Shown: positions 45,549-55,632 of the stretch, piece by piece | Layout of the letters: every line of letters begins with the position of its first letter | Position numbering within the stretch: position 1 is the first letter of the stretch | IMG/VR virus record: IMGVR_UViG_3300033049_000023 | Location: 1-60,285 of that record | Strand: one strand, 5' to 3' | Source of the DNA: a virus | Lineage: Duplodnaviria; Caudoviricetes | Length of the DNA stretch: 60,285 nt | Position numbers and translations under genes: made by a program | The notes under the pieces: model-generated | What the model was told of the DNA's origin: nothing | Databases searched by the model: none | What the model saw: only the letters and a program-made list of their open reading frames with translations

Positions 45549-48104
45549 ATGGCAGTAATCGCAGTAGCAGCAATCGGGCCCTCCATCGGCATCGCCGCAG
45601 GGACCGCCGGTGCGCTTGCTCTTGGGGCGGTTGCCGCACTCGCCGATTCACAGTTCATCTTCCCATTACTCCAGCGTGGCGCACCAGACATTGAGGGCCC
45701 GCGCCTTGACGATCTTTCGGTACAGGGTGCGGCGGAGGGTTCCCCCCAGCGGTGGGCCATCGGTCCCGAGATTCGTTCGGCGGGCTCTATCATTTGGTCA
45801 ACCGATCTCCAAGAGACTAGAACGACAAGCGGCGGCGGAGGGGGCAAGGGCGGTGGCGGTGGCGGCGGTACCACAAACTATTCCTACGCTCTTTCGTTTG
45901 CTGTCCATGTATGTGACACCGAGGGATTGCCGGGCGGGGCGATTGAGCGTATTGATAAGATTTGGCTGAACACCAAACCCGTTTACGATTTCAACGCGGG
46001 CTCCCCCACAACTGATTCCCGCATTGGGGAAGAAATCCGAGTCTATAACGGCGATCAAACGGCGGTTGATTTCCTCCTCGAACTCTCGGACCCCGGGAAA
46101 ACCCCGGCGTACAAAGACGGGGCTTACTATGTCATCGAGGAACTTCAACTAGCCGACTTTAGCAACCGTCTCCCAAACGCCGAGATGCTTTATCACGCAA
46201 CGGCGGACGGGCAAACCATCGCCGATGCCATCGACCGCATTTGTACCCGTGGCGGGTTGGCGGCGGCACGCTATGACACCTCGGCGGTGACCGGAACCTT
46301 GCGGGGAATCTTGACCGTAGGCGAGCAAGAAATGGGCCGGGTACTCGAATATCTTTTGCTTGCCTTCAACATCGCGGTAGTGGAATCCAACGGCAAACTT
46401 GTATTCTCAGACCGGGATCAAACTTCGCCGATTATCATTGATAACTCATTCTTCGGTGCGACCGAGTACGGGTCCTCACCGGACTCTATCGCCGTCCCGT
46501 TCTCCCGTTCTATGGTGTACGATGATCGTCTCCCCCGGAAAGCATCGGTTCGATTCATCGACCCGGATTGCGATTACGAACAGTCATCAAGAATCGCGAC
46601 AAAGACCAACGCGACCACCAACGAGTTCAAGCGTGTTGATTTGCCCCTCACGCTTGACCCAGACGATGCCAGTGAGATTGCGTTCCGCACGCTCTGGACC
46701 GAGTGGGGTATCCGTGAGGAGGTGGAGGGGACCTTGCCCCCTTCATTCATCGACCTCAACGCGGGCCAACTCATCTCAGTAGTTGACGACGGGGTGACCG
46801 AACTTATCCGGCTCGCGTCGGTAAACCGTGGCGAGAACTTCCAAATCAAGTTCGTAGGAATGATTGAGGAGCCGGGAATCTTCGATCAGTTTGGTGTCAC
46901 CGAGGACCGTGCGTGCGTACCCGCAAACGATCCGGTGCTTGCTTCTGCGGCGGCGTACTTGTTCATCACTGACCATATGGTTACGGATCGGGTGTCCCAA
47001 TGGAATACGCCGGTGAGTGGTTTCTACTTCGCGGCATCCAACAACGGTACACCGGACATTCAAACGGGAACCTTTGTGCCGTGGGTGACTAAAACTTCTG
47101 GGTCCGGGTACAAAAGGGTCAGAACCTTTGGCTCAGAAGGTCCTCACAACACGGTAAACAAAATGAATATGGGGTTCCTCCTCACGGCGATCCCCGCAGC
47201 CGGTGCCGAGAACGGCGGTCTTTACTGGGACAATGAAACCACATTCGACTTCGAGAGTTTGAGTAGTGCTTGGGTGCCCACCACACTCTCGGATGAGGAT
47301 GTGTTGGAGGGTCGGAATCACATTTGTCTCAACGCGGCACCCGGCGGTGGGTGTGAAGTTATTGGGTTCGCTACCGTGGAATCAATCGGTGTGAATCAAT
47401 ACCGATGCAGCCGACTTTTGCGAGGGCGTAGGGCAACCGACATTTACGCAAACTCATGGTCCACCAGCACAATCCTTGTTGATATGTCAGAGTTGGATAG
47501 GGTCACTTCACCGACAGAAGAAAACGCGTTCTTCGATTGGTCACAAACAGACTTTGCCCCGTACCGAAACGATCCGCTCGCCCTCTATTGGAAGGGCGTT
47601 CCGACGACCACGAATGAAGGCAACATCCCAGAGACCGAGTTTGGCACTTCATTCGGCGTGGAGAAACCATTCCCGGCGGCGACTCCCCGTGCGTATTACC
47701 TCAGCAACGGGGACACCGAGTTTGGCTTCCATCGCCGTACCCGAGCGTACCACAATCTGTTCACCACAAGCAACGGGTTCGGCGGTGTTGCAAGACCCCA
47801 CCATCCATTGCTTGCCTTCAACGAAATCTCGACTTTCGAGGTGGATGTTTACGAGCAAACGAACACCACCGTCGCAAGGACATTCACGATTACAAAAACT
47901 GGATTTTGGGGGGATGATGCGATCCTCCAAACGGTCATCGATCAGGATGTGCTTGATGCCGTGGGGATGTACCACTTCACCTACACCGAATCTATGCGCT
48001 CGGATGATGGCTATGCTACGGGTGAAGCTGTTCATATGAGGATTTACCAGCGCAGCCAAACCCCACATATTTACCGAGGTCACCCCCTCGTAGTATCGAT
48101 CTAA
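45549..48104 (+). CDS. central tail/megatron-like protein
   Basis: EGPRLDDL, GGGKGGG, PAYK..AY.V.E.L.LADFSNRLP, EVIGF, SRLLRGRRAT. Confidence 0.85.
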   Translation: MAVIAVAAIGPSIGIAAGTAGALALGAVAALADSQFIFPLLQRGAPDIEGPRLDDLSVQGAAEGSPQRWAIGPEIRSAGSIIWSTDLQETRTTSGGGGGKGGGGGGGTTNYSYALSFAVHVCDTEGLPGGAIERIDKIWLNTKPVYDFNAGSPTTDSRIGEEIRVYNGDQTAVDFLLELSDPGKTPAYKDGAYYVIEELQLADFSNRLPNAEMLYHATADGQTIADAIDRICTRGGLAAARYDTSAVTGTLRGILTVGEQEMGRVLEYLLLAFNIAVVESNGKLVFSDRDQTSPIIIDNSFFGATEYGSSPDSIAVPFSRSMVYDDRLPRKASVRFIDPDCDYEQSSRIATKTNATTNEFKRVDLPLTLDPDDASEIAFRTLWTEWGIREEVEGTLPPSFIDLNAGQLISVVDDGVTELIRLASVNRGENFQIKFVGMIEEPGIFDQFGVTEDRACVPANDPVLASAAAYLFITDHMVTDRVSQWNTPVSGFYFAASNNGTPDIQTGTFVPWVTKTSGSGYKRVRTFGSEGPHNTVNKMNMGFLLTAIPAAGAENGGLYWDNETTFDFESLSSAWVPTTLSDEDVLEGRNHICLNAAPGGGCEVIGFATVESIGVNQYRCSRLLRGRRATDIYANSWSTSTILVDMSELDRVTSPTEENAFFDWSQTDFAPYRNDPLALYWKGVPTTTNEGNIPETEFGTSFGVEKPFPAATPRAYYLSNGDTEFGFHRRTRAYHNLFTTSNGFGGVARPHHPLLAFNEISTFEVDVYEQTNTTVARTFTITKTGFWGDDAILQTVIDQDVLDAVGMYHFTYTESMRSDDGYATGEAVHMRIYQRSQTPHIYRGHPLVVSI

Positions 48105-48115
48105 GGAGAACACAA

Positions 48116-48601
48116 ATGGCAAGCTCAACTCGACTCACTATCCCGTTTGTCACTACCGGCCAGAACGGCGGGGAGACCACACACAATGAGGCGATGAACT
48201 ACTTTGATGCACTTCTTGGATTGAACATCGTTGAGTTCGGGTTGAACGCCACCCCCGCCGGTGTCGATGGCAATGCGTATATCGTGGGGGCGAGCCCAAC
48301 GGGTACTTGGAATACCGCAGGCGCGGCGAACAAACTCGCGTTCTTCTACTCCGGTTGGCACTATGTCGTGGTGCCGGACGGCGTGATGCTTTACGACGAC
48401 GACACCGACAAGGTAATGGTGAAGCACTCTGGCGGGTGGAGAACTTACGGCCAGCAAACGACCACGATTGCGGCGATTGGTTCCCTTACTGCGGTCTCGG
48501 GTACCGGGGACGATGCCCAAGTGAACTCAAACATCAACGCACTCCAAGCGAAAGTTGATGCAGTGATTGCGGCGATGAAAGTCGCAAACCAAATGGCCTA
48601 G
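48116..48601 (+). CDS. DUF2793 tail-fibre-associated protein
   Basis: RL.IPF...Q...E.THNEA...D, YIVGASPTG.W. Confidence 0.8.
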   Translation: MASSTRLTIPFVTTGQNGGETTHNEAMNYFDALLGLNIVEFGLNATPAGVDGNAYIVGASPTGTWNTAGAANKLAFFYSGWHYVVVPDGVMLYDDDTDKVMVKHSGGWRTYGQQTTTIAAIGSLTAVSGTGDDAQVNSNINALQAKVDAVIAAMKVANQMA

Positions 48602-49014
48602 CGTTTGATAATCATCTCAGGGATTGCATCCCTGAGTGTGGTCACTTCATCCCACTCAATCGTGTTGCCTTCAAGCCGGTATCGAAACACCCGAGGGCGG
48701 CGGACGCGTTTACCGTCCACCTTCAAGTATCGCCACGCGAGCATCACAAGAATCCCCCCGGCCTCCATCCATTCACGCGCCCGCTTCTCGGATGCAATCT
48801 TGCGGTTGTGTTCGGCAACTGTGGTGGTGGTGGATTGGACCCCCACGATGAGCCCGGGCCGGATGGCGATCAAATCGAGGACCCCAAAGAGGTCCCGGCG
48901 GATGCCCCCGGCGGGATGGTCCGGCACCTTCACCCATTTCTCGCAGGACTCGATACGGAAGTGTGCGGCCTCGAATGCCTCTATCGTGCGTGCCGTAGCG
49001 GATTTACCACCCAT
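48598..49014 (-). CDS. PD-(D/E)xK nuclease / Holliday-junction resolvase-like
   Basis: RDLFGVLDLIAI..VGVQST motif; GGAGA RBS; only convincing minus-strand gene. Confidence 0.65.
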   Translation of the reverse strand: MGGKSATARTIEAFEAAHFRIESCEKWVKVPDHPAGGIRRDLFGVLDLIAIRPGLIVGVQSTTTTVAEHNRKIASEKRAREWMEAGGILVMLAWRYLKVDGKRVRRPRVFRYRLEGNTIEWDEVTTLRDAIPEMIIKR

Positions 49015-49035
49015 TGAAGAAATCTCCCATATGTT

Positions 49036-49083
49036 ATTGACTCGTGAATAAATCGGGTCTATGATGTTTATTGACGCGATAAC
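49036..49083 (+). promoter_or_regulatory. replication-module promoter with two operator-like boxes
   Basis: TTGACT(49037)-17-TATGAT; ATTGACTCGTGAAT and ATTGACGCGATAAC. Confidence 0.7.
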
Positions 49084-49109
49084 CATAGGCACCCACTTAG
49101 GAGATTACT

Positions 49110-49868
49110 ATGACCGATGAGAGCAATGGCACAGCACCCGCACCGATAACCCAACCATGCGACCGGGAGAAAACTTGCGAGCCCTTCCATCCATCCCCCG
49201 AGTTCTCTAAAGCGGGCGAGGATAACCCCGGTGACATCCCGCAGAATGTAATCGATGCGACCTTTGCCGCCCACAACGGATCGGCGGACATCCAAACAGA
49301 CTTCAACCCCGTCCCCGCGCCCGATACCAAAGACGACATCGAGCGAATCCATCGGGACGATAACGCCCATGTTCCGGTTCGGGACATCCTCGCCACTTGC
49401 TCGATTCCGTGGGCCGCGAAAGCCGCCAAGTGTGCGCTTCTCGCATCGAGCCCCTACGGGTCGAACTTCAATATGGGATCGGTGCCCTCCGAACTCTCCG
49501 CCGGTGAAATGGCCGAACACCTCCGCGTGACCATCGACGCTATTCGAGATTCCGAGCAGGGTATCAAAGCCCTCAAAAAAGTAAAGTCCGCACTGGAGGG
49601 TGAGATTGTTATTCATCTCAACTCGCAAGGGCTCACCAAACTCAACGGCACCCGGCTCAACATCACCTTGAAGGTCAAGACCTTTGCGAAGTATGTCCCC
49701 GAGAAGTTTGCGGACATCGTGACCGGGCTCGTAAATAGCGGAAACGCTCACACCCTTTACCGGTGTTTCTCAGCGAAGAAACTCCAAGAAATGTTCGACG
49801 CTGGCGGGCGGTTCCCCGAGGGGCTTTCGCTGGCAGAAAAAGAGGAACTTGGCACCCGCCGGATTTGA
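49110..49868 (+). CDS. hypothetical replication-module protein
   Basis: AGGAG RBS, 252 aa. Confidence 0.7.
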   Translation: MTDESNGTAPAPITQPCDREKTCEPFHPSPEFSKAGEDNPGDIPQNVIDATFAAHNGSADIQTDFNPVPAPDTKDDIERIHRDDNAHVPVRDILATCSIPWAAKAAKCALLASSPYGSNFNMGSVPSELSAGEMAEHLRVTIDAIRDSEQGIKALKKVKSALEGEIVIHLNSQGLTKLNGTRLNITLKVKTFAKYVPEKFADIVTGLVNSGNAHTLYRCFSAKKLQEMFDAGGRFPEGLSLAEKEELGTRRI

Positions 49869-49893
49869 CCGCCGGACCTCGCCTTGATATACT
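49865..49893 (+). promoter_or_regulatory. sigma70-type promoter
   Basis: TTGACC-17-TATACT. Confidence 0.6.
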
Positions 49894-49920
49894 GACCCGT
49901 CAATAATAGGAGAAACGAAA

Positions 49921-50223
49921 ATGACGACTGAAACATCGACCGAACCGAAAACCCGCGCACCCCGTAAAGAACTGGACCCGATCATCATCGAGAAGTGGGT
50001 GGACCCGGCTATCGAAACCGTCCCTGAATACTGGGAGAAACTTGGCGACTCTGACTCCCTCGAATGCGACAACACCGCTACCGCGATGCGGAAGGTACTC
50101 GCCGAGAAGTTGGAGAACGCGGAATGGTCCTCGGGCACCTACCGAATCCTCCGCGTAGTCCGTGAGTTTGTCGTGGAAGCGACTGAGGAAACCCAGACCG
50201 TTCGCACGGTCACCATTGCATAA
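49921..50223 (+). CDS. hypothetical protein
   Basis: AGGAG RBS; followed by terminator at about 50231-50255. Confidence 0.7.
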   Translation: MTTETSTEPKTRAPRKELDPIIIEKWVDPAIETVPEYWEKLGDSDSLECDNTATAMRKVLAEKLENAEWSSGTYRILRVVREFVVEATEETQTVRTVTIA

Positions 50224-50314
50224 CAGATAGAAGCGGGTGAGACCCCCGCTTTTTTCATTGCCCCGCCGGATGTTCCGGGGAGGCGAATATAGAAAAAGTT
50301 TTAGGAGAATATCA

Positions 50315-51172
50315 ATGGCGAAGAAACCAGAAAATGACATCGCGGCAATCCCAGAAGAAACGAATCTGAGCATGACCGTGGGGGCCGAAAGTCTCCCCGC
50401 GTTCATGGTGGAAAAAGAGGTTATCGGTCGGGATGAAGTCGGCCAGTATCAGAACATTACCCGGCTCTCGATTGCTCAACCTCAGAGTGGCCCCGCCCTC
50501 CAAGACATCGGCGGCATCGGTGCGGTCATCATTCAGCCGGACGGAATCTTGGTGGTCCCCGCCGGTACCGAGTTTGTCATCAACCCCGTTGCGTTCTACC
50601 CATCATGGGAGATTCATTCGGACATCAAGGACTCAGCATCCAACTTCGTTCTTAGCTCTACCCTTGATCCCACCGACCCAATCGCGGTCCGCTCACGAAA
50701 CCCGGAATCCCGCTCCGAGTTGTACGGCGACAACGGCGAGGGCGGTCAGTTCAAAAAGAAGTTTGTCGAGTGCTTGAACTTCTTTGTTCGTATCGACTCG
50801 GGCGATGCGAAGGGTGAAATGGCGTTGCTCACCTTCTCCGGTGGTGAGCATTATGTAGGTAAAAAGTTGTGCGGCATCATCAAACGCCGCCCATGCTCGA
50901 TCTTCGCTAATCGTTTCGCTCTCACCACCGCACGCCGTACCAAGGACGCGTTCAACTGGTTCGGCTATGACATCAATAATCCAGCCGATGAGGGCGGGTC
51001 CGTTGTTCAGACTCAGGAGGAGTACGACGAATTGGAAGCGGCGCACCACTCAGTGATGGCCGCGATCAAGGTCGGTGCGATTTCTGTAAACCCTGATGCC
51101 GAGGGCGGCGCAGGTTCCGCACCGGAAGAGGGCTCCGAGGGATTTGTAAACCCAGACCTCCCCGGAATGTAA
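50315..51172 (+). CDS. putative ssDNA-binding/annealing protein
   Basis: RLSIAQPQS, acidic C-terminal tail, replication context. Confidence 0.5.
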   Translation: MAKKPENDIAAIPEETNLSMTVGAESLPAFMVEKEVIGRDEVGQYQNITRLSIAQPQSGPALQDIGGIGAVIIQPDGILVVPAGTEFVINPVAFYPSWEIHSDIKDSASNFVLSSTLDPTDPIAVRSRNPESRSELYGDNGEGGQFKKKFVECLNFFVRIDSGDAKGEMALLTFSGGEHYVGKKLCGIIKRRPCSIFANRFALTTARRTKDAFNWFGYDINNPADEGGSVVQTQEEYDELEAAHHSVMAAIKVGAISVNPDAEGGAGSAPEEGSEGFVNPDLPGM

Positions 51173-51211
51173 ACCGAACCGAGAATCCCCGCTCGTTTAA
51201 TACGGGGAACT

Positions 51212-51244
51212 TCCAGCCGGGGGAAACCTCCCGGCTGGGTTTTT
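51212..51244 (+). terminator. terminator-like hairpin upstream of csrA
   Basis: CCAGCCGGG/CCCGGCTGG stem plus T-run. Confidence 0.7.
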
Positions 51245-51269
51245 CATTGCTCAAACATAGGAGGCATGG

Positions 51270-51470
51270 ATGCTTGTACTCACTCGAAGAATCGGCGAGC
51301 GTATTTTGATCAAAGGGCCGGATGGATCAAGTGGTTCTATTGAACTCACTCAGATCAAAGGCGACCGCGTAAAACTGGCGTTCAACTTTCCTCCCGAGGT
51401 CCACATTTATCGTGAGGAGATTTTGTTTGGTAAACTCCCCATTCTTGTTGGACCCGAGGAGGAATCGTGA
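51270..51470 (+). CDS. csrA: carbon storage regulator CsrA/RsmA homolog
   Basis: MLVLTRRIGERI.I...I....IKGDRVKLAF..P.EV.IYREEI. Confidence 0.9.
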   Translation: MLVLTRRIGERILIKGPDGSSGSIELTQIKGDRVKLAFNFPPEVHIYREEILFGKLPILVGPEEES

Positions 51471-52888
51471 TGCCGGAAACAATCTCACTCTACCCGCACC
51501 AGATCAAGGCCGTTGAGATTGCACGCACGCGGCCACGGTTCGGATTCTTTTGGGACCCGGGCACCTGTAAGACCATCGGCATCCTTGCGATCCAAGCGGA
51601 CCGCCCACGGCGCACGCTAGTCCTCGCCCAGAAATCTATTCTCAACTCGGCGTGGAAAGAGGATGGCGAAGCGATGGGCGCGGATGTGGTCATTGGTCAC
51701 CATAAGAATCGAGCGAAGCGGCTCGCACTCATTCAGACCCCGGGTGAGATTATCATCGCCACCAACTACGAAACTTTCCGAAACCACGAACTCGATTTCA
51801 TGGAGGGCGGGTTCACTCGGTTGGTGGTGGATGAGTCCAGTAAATGTAAAAACCGGGATGCCAAGACCACCCGAGCAATCACCCGGTTTGCCGACTCGAT
51901 GCAAGAGGTCTATATCCTATCGGGCGGTCCCGCGCCGAACTGTCATACCGAATACTGGTCACAACTCCGCATCCTCTCGCCCACGGCGGCGGGCCGGGAC
52001 TTCTACCGGTGGGCGTATCACTGGTTGATCCCAGAAATCCAAATGGTGTGGAAGGGCGGGCGACAGAAACGCACAATCTCGGGCTGGACATTGAAGGCCG
52101 GGAAAGAACAGGCGTTCGCTAAATCTATTGCCGATTGGGCGTGGTCACTGACCGAAGCGGAATGCCTCGAACTCCCGCCGATGATTAACAAGCGGTACGA
52201 TTTGGAACTCTCACCATCGGAACGCAAGGCATACAAATCCATTGAGGAGGATTTCTGTTTGGAGGTCAACGCCTCGGCTATCGACATCGACGGCACCGAG
52301 ATTGATTCGGTTCCTATGGAGGTCTCGGTGGCAGCGGGCGCAACCTTTATCAAACTCCGACAGGTCACCGGCGGAACGGTCCGCATTGCGGGTCAGGTGG
52401 TGGGCGTAGGAAATACGAAACTCAACGCCGCCAAAGAAATCCTCGAAGAAATCGGTAAGGAACCGTTGCTTATCTGGGCCGAGTTTACGGCTGAAATCGA
52501 TTCGCTCACCGGCGTACTCAGGGGCGAGGGGCACCGCGTTGGTATTTTGGACGGGCGAACAAACGACGCGATGGCAGTTATCCGGGCATTTCTTTCCGGC
52601 GAAATCAATGTCATCATTGCCCACCCTAAATCGGCGGGGCACGGGACCGATGGGCTCCAGCGGGTTTGCCGCCATTCCCTGTTCTTTTCCTACTCATTTT
52701 CAGCGGATGAGCATTGGCAGGCAAAAAAGCGGCTCCATCGGAATCGCCAAACCCGGTCCCCGGTTTACCACTATCTGTGCATGATGAACACCGTTGATGA
52801 GACGGCACTTAAAGTTCTCAATGGAAAGGTAAAGCAGCAGTACGCTATGCTTGCAGAGATTCGACGGATTCACGGTAAACTGGCCTAG
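51470..52888 (+). CDS. SNF2-family helicase
   Basis: LYPHQ, GTCKT, VVDESS, KLRQVTGG, HPKSAGHG, QA..R.HR. Confidence 0.88.
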   Translation: MPETISLYPHQIKAVEIARTRPRFGFFWDPGTCKTIGILAIQADRPRRTLVLAQKSILNSAWKEDGEAMGADVVIGHHKNRAKRLALIQTPGEIIIATNYETFRNHELDFMEGGFTRLVVDESSKCKNRDAKTTRAITRFADSMQEVYILSGGPAPNCHTEYWSQLRILSPTAAGRDFYRWAYHWLIPEIQMVWKGGRQKRTISGWTLKAGKEQAFAKSIADWAWSLTEAECLELPPMINKRYDLELSPSERKAYKSIEEDFCLEVNASAIDIDGTEIDSVPMEVSVAAGATFIKLRQVTGGTVRIAGQVVGVGNTKLNAAKEILEEIGKEPLLIWAEFTAEIDSLTGVLRGEGHRVGILDGRTNDAMAVIRAFLSGEINVIIAHPKSAGHGTDGLQRVCRHSLFFSYSFSADEHWQAKKRLHRNRQTRSPVYHYLCMMNTVDETALKVLNGKVKQQYAMLAEIRRIHGKLA

Positions 52889-52939
52889 CGCACGGATGCG
52901 GAAACATTGTATGATTGAGCATTATCGAAAGGACTTGGT

Positions 52940-55576
52940 ATGACGAATGAGAGTTTGCAGCGGTATGAGGTTGACGAAACAGAAATCAGAAAAGCGATTG
53001 CGACACTGTTTGAGCCCGAGGACTGGGTGGAACTTCGGAGTCTAAGGACGGACCGGCACTCGGGCTCCCGAGCGAAGTTCATTACCGCAGAGTCCGCGAT
53101 TGACGACGCGGTTCTTGGGTGGCTCACCAATCGGAACGCCCCGGGCTTTGCTCTCTACTTTGGGCCCAACCCCCGGCATGGGAACTTCGGTCAGGGCAAG
53201 GGCGGGATGGGCACCGATGCCGACACGAAACTAGCACGCTGTTTGTTTGTGGACTTCGATGATGCGGACCCCAAAGAGGCGTTGCGCCGGATCGATGCCG
53301 CCGGTATCCCCGAGCCGACATTGCTCATTGCCTCGGGCCGGGACACCGGGGCGCACGCGTATTGGCGATTGAAAGAACCGATCACCGACCTCGCCTTCTG
53401 GAAGCGGTTGCAGATTGGTTTGATCCGTGCGGTTCAGTCCGATCCCACTATCAAAAACCCCGCCCGCATTATGCGGCTCCCCGGGTCGCAACACCACAAG
53501 CACGGGCGGATGTGTTTCATCGTCAAGCGTGAGAACTCCCCGAGGTATGATTCGTGGGATGTACTCGGCATCGAGCCCGCCGAGGAGTTTCAGACTTACG
53601 AGAATGGCGACGACTCCGCGATGAAGCGGCGGTCCTACTCGATGCTCAACCCCACTACGCGGAACTTCCTAGAAAACCCGTGCGAGCAGGGCACAAGGAA
53701 TCAAACACTGTTTGCCTCGGCGTGTGAGTTCAAGGCAAACGGCTTCACCTATGAGGAGGCCATTGTCCAACTCGCCGATGAGCGTGCGATTGCCCGCGAT
53801 GGGCTTGGTCGGAGTGAGGCGTACAAAGCCGTTGGTAGTGCCTACTCCAGAAATGTTGACGCGAGTATCCAGACTCAGTATGTGGATAATCCTGAGGAAC
53901 TTCTTTCGTCGGTGAATCGGGTGTTGCCCTTTCAATCCCACGGGAAAGATTCTCCCGTAGTCGATCCCCGCGAAGTTGGTCCCGAGGATGCGGAGCCCGC
54001 CCCGTTTGATGTTCACCGCTTGGTGGAACCCGCCGAGGGCGAACCCGCAGACCTCGAACCTCAACCGCGTGCGCCGATCCAAAATGATCGACCCACCTTT
54101 GGCAATGTGGCGATCCGCATTGCGATGAACGGGAACAAGCAAAGCGTGGTCACCATCCAAAAGCCGATTGATGTTATCCATGAAGAAATCAAGGACATCG
54201 GTTGGCCGTGTGCGGCTCAGTCTATCGGATTGTTCTACACCACATACGATGCAAAGGGGAATGAAAAAGTTCACCCGATCAATAAGGTGTCGGAAGTGTT
54301 TGCCATGCTCCATGAGCGGACCCAACTCGCGTGGGTGCGTGGGCTCATCGAGTCCGAAGCGGGTCGGCAACTTACCGCCGTCACCAAAGAGGAGTTCGTG
54401 GATTACCTCAAAGTCAATCCCGTTCATCAATACGAATCCGTTGCCGAGTACCCGCATTACCCATCCCTCTCCGATCACTACTATCTCAAACGGAACTTGC
54501 CAAAGTCGAACGGTGATGCCCTGCGGAAGTTCGTCGATGCGTTCAACCCAGAGACCGAGGAGGATCGTGCGCTGATGCTTGCCGCGTTGATGACCCCGGG
54601 TTGGGGCGGTCCCCCCGGCACCCGACCGCTCTTTGTATTCTCATCGGACTACGGACAGGGCTCGGGTAAAACCGAGACGGCGAAAGCCATCGCAAATGTG
54701 TGGGGTGGTGCGCCGATGTTCCCGGTCAATCAGCCGTGGGAGCAAACGATGAAAGCGTTGTTCTCCTCGCCGGACTGGAACACCCGGGTTGGTATCTTCG
54801 ATAATGTCAAGGGCCGCTTCGGCGGTTCCGATATTGAAGGGGCGATCACGGCGCAGAAAATCAGCGGTTGGAAAACCTATGTGGGGCAAGTCTCGCGTAG
54901 GAATGACATCACCTTTTTCTTGACCTACAACCTCCCCGAAATGAGCCGGGACCTTTCCGAGCGGTCGGTAATCATCCGGGTTGGAAAGCCCAAGCCCGGT
55001 CGGTTTGTGTCGTGGGCGGCGGAGTATGTGGCCGAACATCGGTGGGCGATTATCTCGGACATCCTTGCGTTGCTCAGTTCGCCCCCCTCCGAACGGATGC
55101 CCACGGGTGGCGACCGGTGGGGCGCGTGGCGGGATGGGGTGTTGAGCCGGGTCTATGGGGTCTCCCCGGTGAAGCTCGCCGAGACCATCGTGGATCGTCG
55201 CCAAGCGGCTGACGGGGACGATGAGGAGGCGTTGGACATCATCGGGGCACTGAGGACCTATCTCAGAGAGAAACGCCCTGAGGGGATTCAGGGAGACACC
55301 GGGACCATCACCGCCAAAGAGATTGAACTGACCATGCACGCCGGGGGGCTGTTCGAGGTGGATTCCCAGAAATCCGCTTCGGTCAACCGGCAGAAATGTA
55401 TGCGGTTGGTCCGGGGGAAACTCCTCGGGCGTGGGGTGCTGACCCCCATTACCACGCCGGGCTCCTCGAAGCAAATGAAGGTGCGCATCAACGACCTCGG
55501 GAGGCCCCTTGGCACCCGGTCCCCGGGTGGGGTGGAGGCCAAGATTTCGGCCCTGTTTGCTCTCACGATGACCTAA
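52940..55576 (+). CDS. primase-helicase (AEP/RepB-type primase, PriCT, P-loop)
   Basis: FVDFD, GAHAYW, NPARIMRLPG, GTRNQTLF, GQGSGKT, IFDNV. Confidence 0.85.
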   Translation: MTNESLQRYEVDETEIRKAIATLFEPEDWVELRSLRTDRHSGSRAKFITAESAIDDAVLGWLTNRNAPGFALYFGPNPRHGNFGQGKGGMGTDADTKLARCLFVDFDDADPKEALRRIDAAGIPEPTLLIASGRDTGAHAYWRLKEPITDLAFWKRLQIGLIRAVQSDPTIKNPARIMRLPGSQHHKHGRMCFIVKRENSPRYDSWDVLGIEPAEEFQTYENGDDSAMKRRSYSMLNPTTRNFLENPCEQGTRNQTLFASACEFKANGFTYEEAIVQLADERAIARDGLGRSEAYKAVGSAYSRNVDASIQTQYVDNPEELLSSVNRVLPFQSHGKDSPVVDPREVGPEDAEPAPFDVHRLVEPAEGEPADLEPQPRAPIQNDRPTFGNVAIRIAMNGNKQSVVTIQKPIDVIHEEIKDIGWPCAAQSIGLFYTTYDAKGNEKVHPINKVSEVFAMLHERTQLAWVRGLIESEAGRQLTAVTKEEFVDYLKVNPVHQYESVAEYPHYPSLSDHYYLKRNLPKSNGDALRKFVDAFNPETEEDRALMLAALMTPGWGGPPGTRPLFVFSSDYGQGSGKTETAKAIANVWGGAPMFPVNQPWEQTMKALFSSPDWNTRVGIFDNVKGRFGGSDIEGAITAQKISGWKTYVGQVSRRNDITFFLTYNLPEMSRDLSERSVIIRVGKPKPGRFVSWAAEYVAEHRWAIISDILALLSSPPSERMPTGGDRWGAWRDGVLSRVYGVSPVKLAETIVDRRQAADGDDEEALDIIGALRTYLREKRPEGIQGDTGTITAKEIELTMHAGGLFEVDSQKSASVNRQKCMRLVRGKLLGRGVLTPITTPGSSKQMKVRINDLGRPLGTRSPGGVEAKISALFALTMT

Positions 55577-55611
55577 CAATAACCTATTGATAGACTGGCA
55601 GTATAAATCGA

Positions 55612-55632
55612 GCCCCCGCAAGGGGGTTTTTT
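55612..55632 (+). terminator. Rho-independent terminator
   Basis: GCCCCC-GCAA-GGGGGT plus T-run. Confidence 0.75.
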
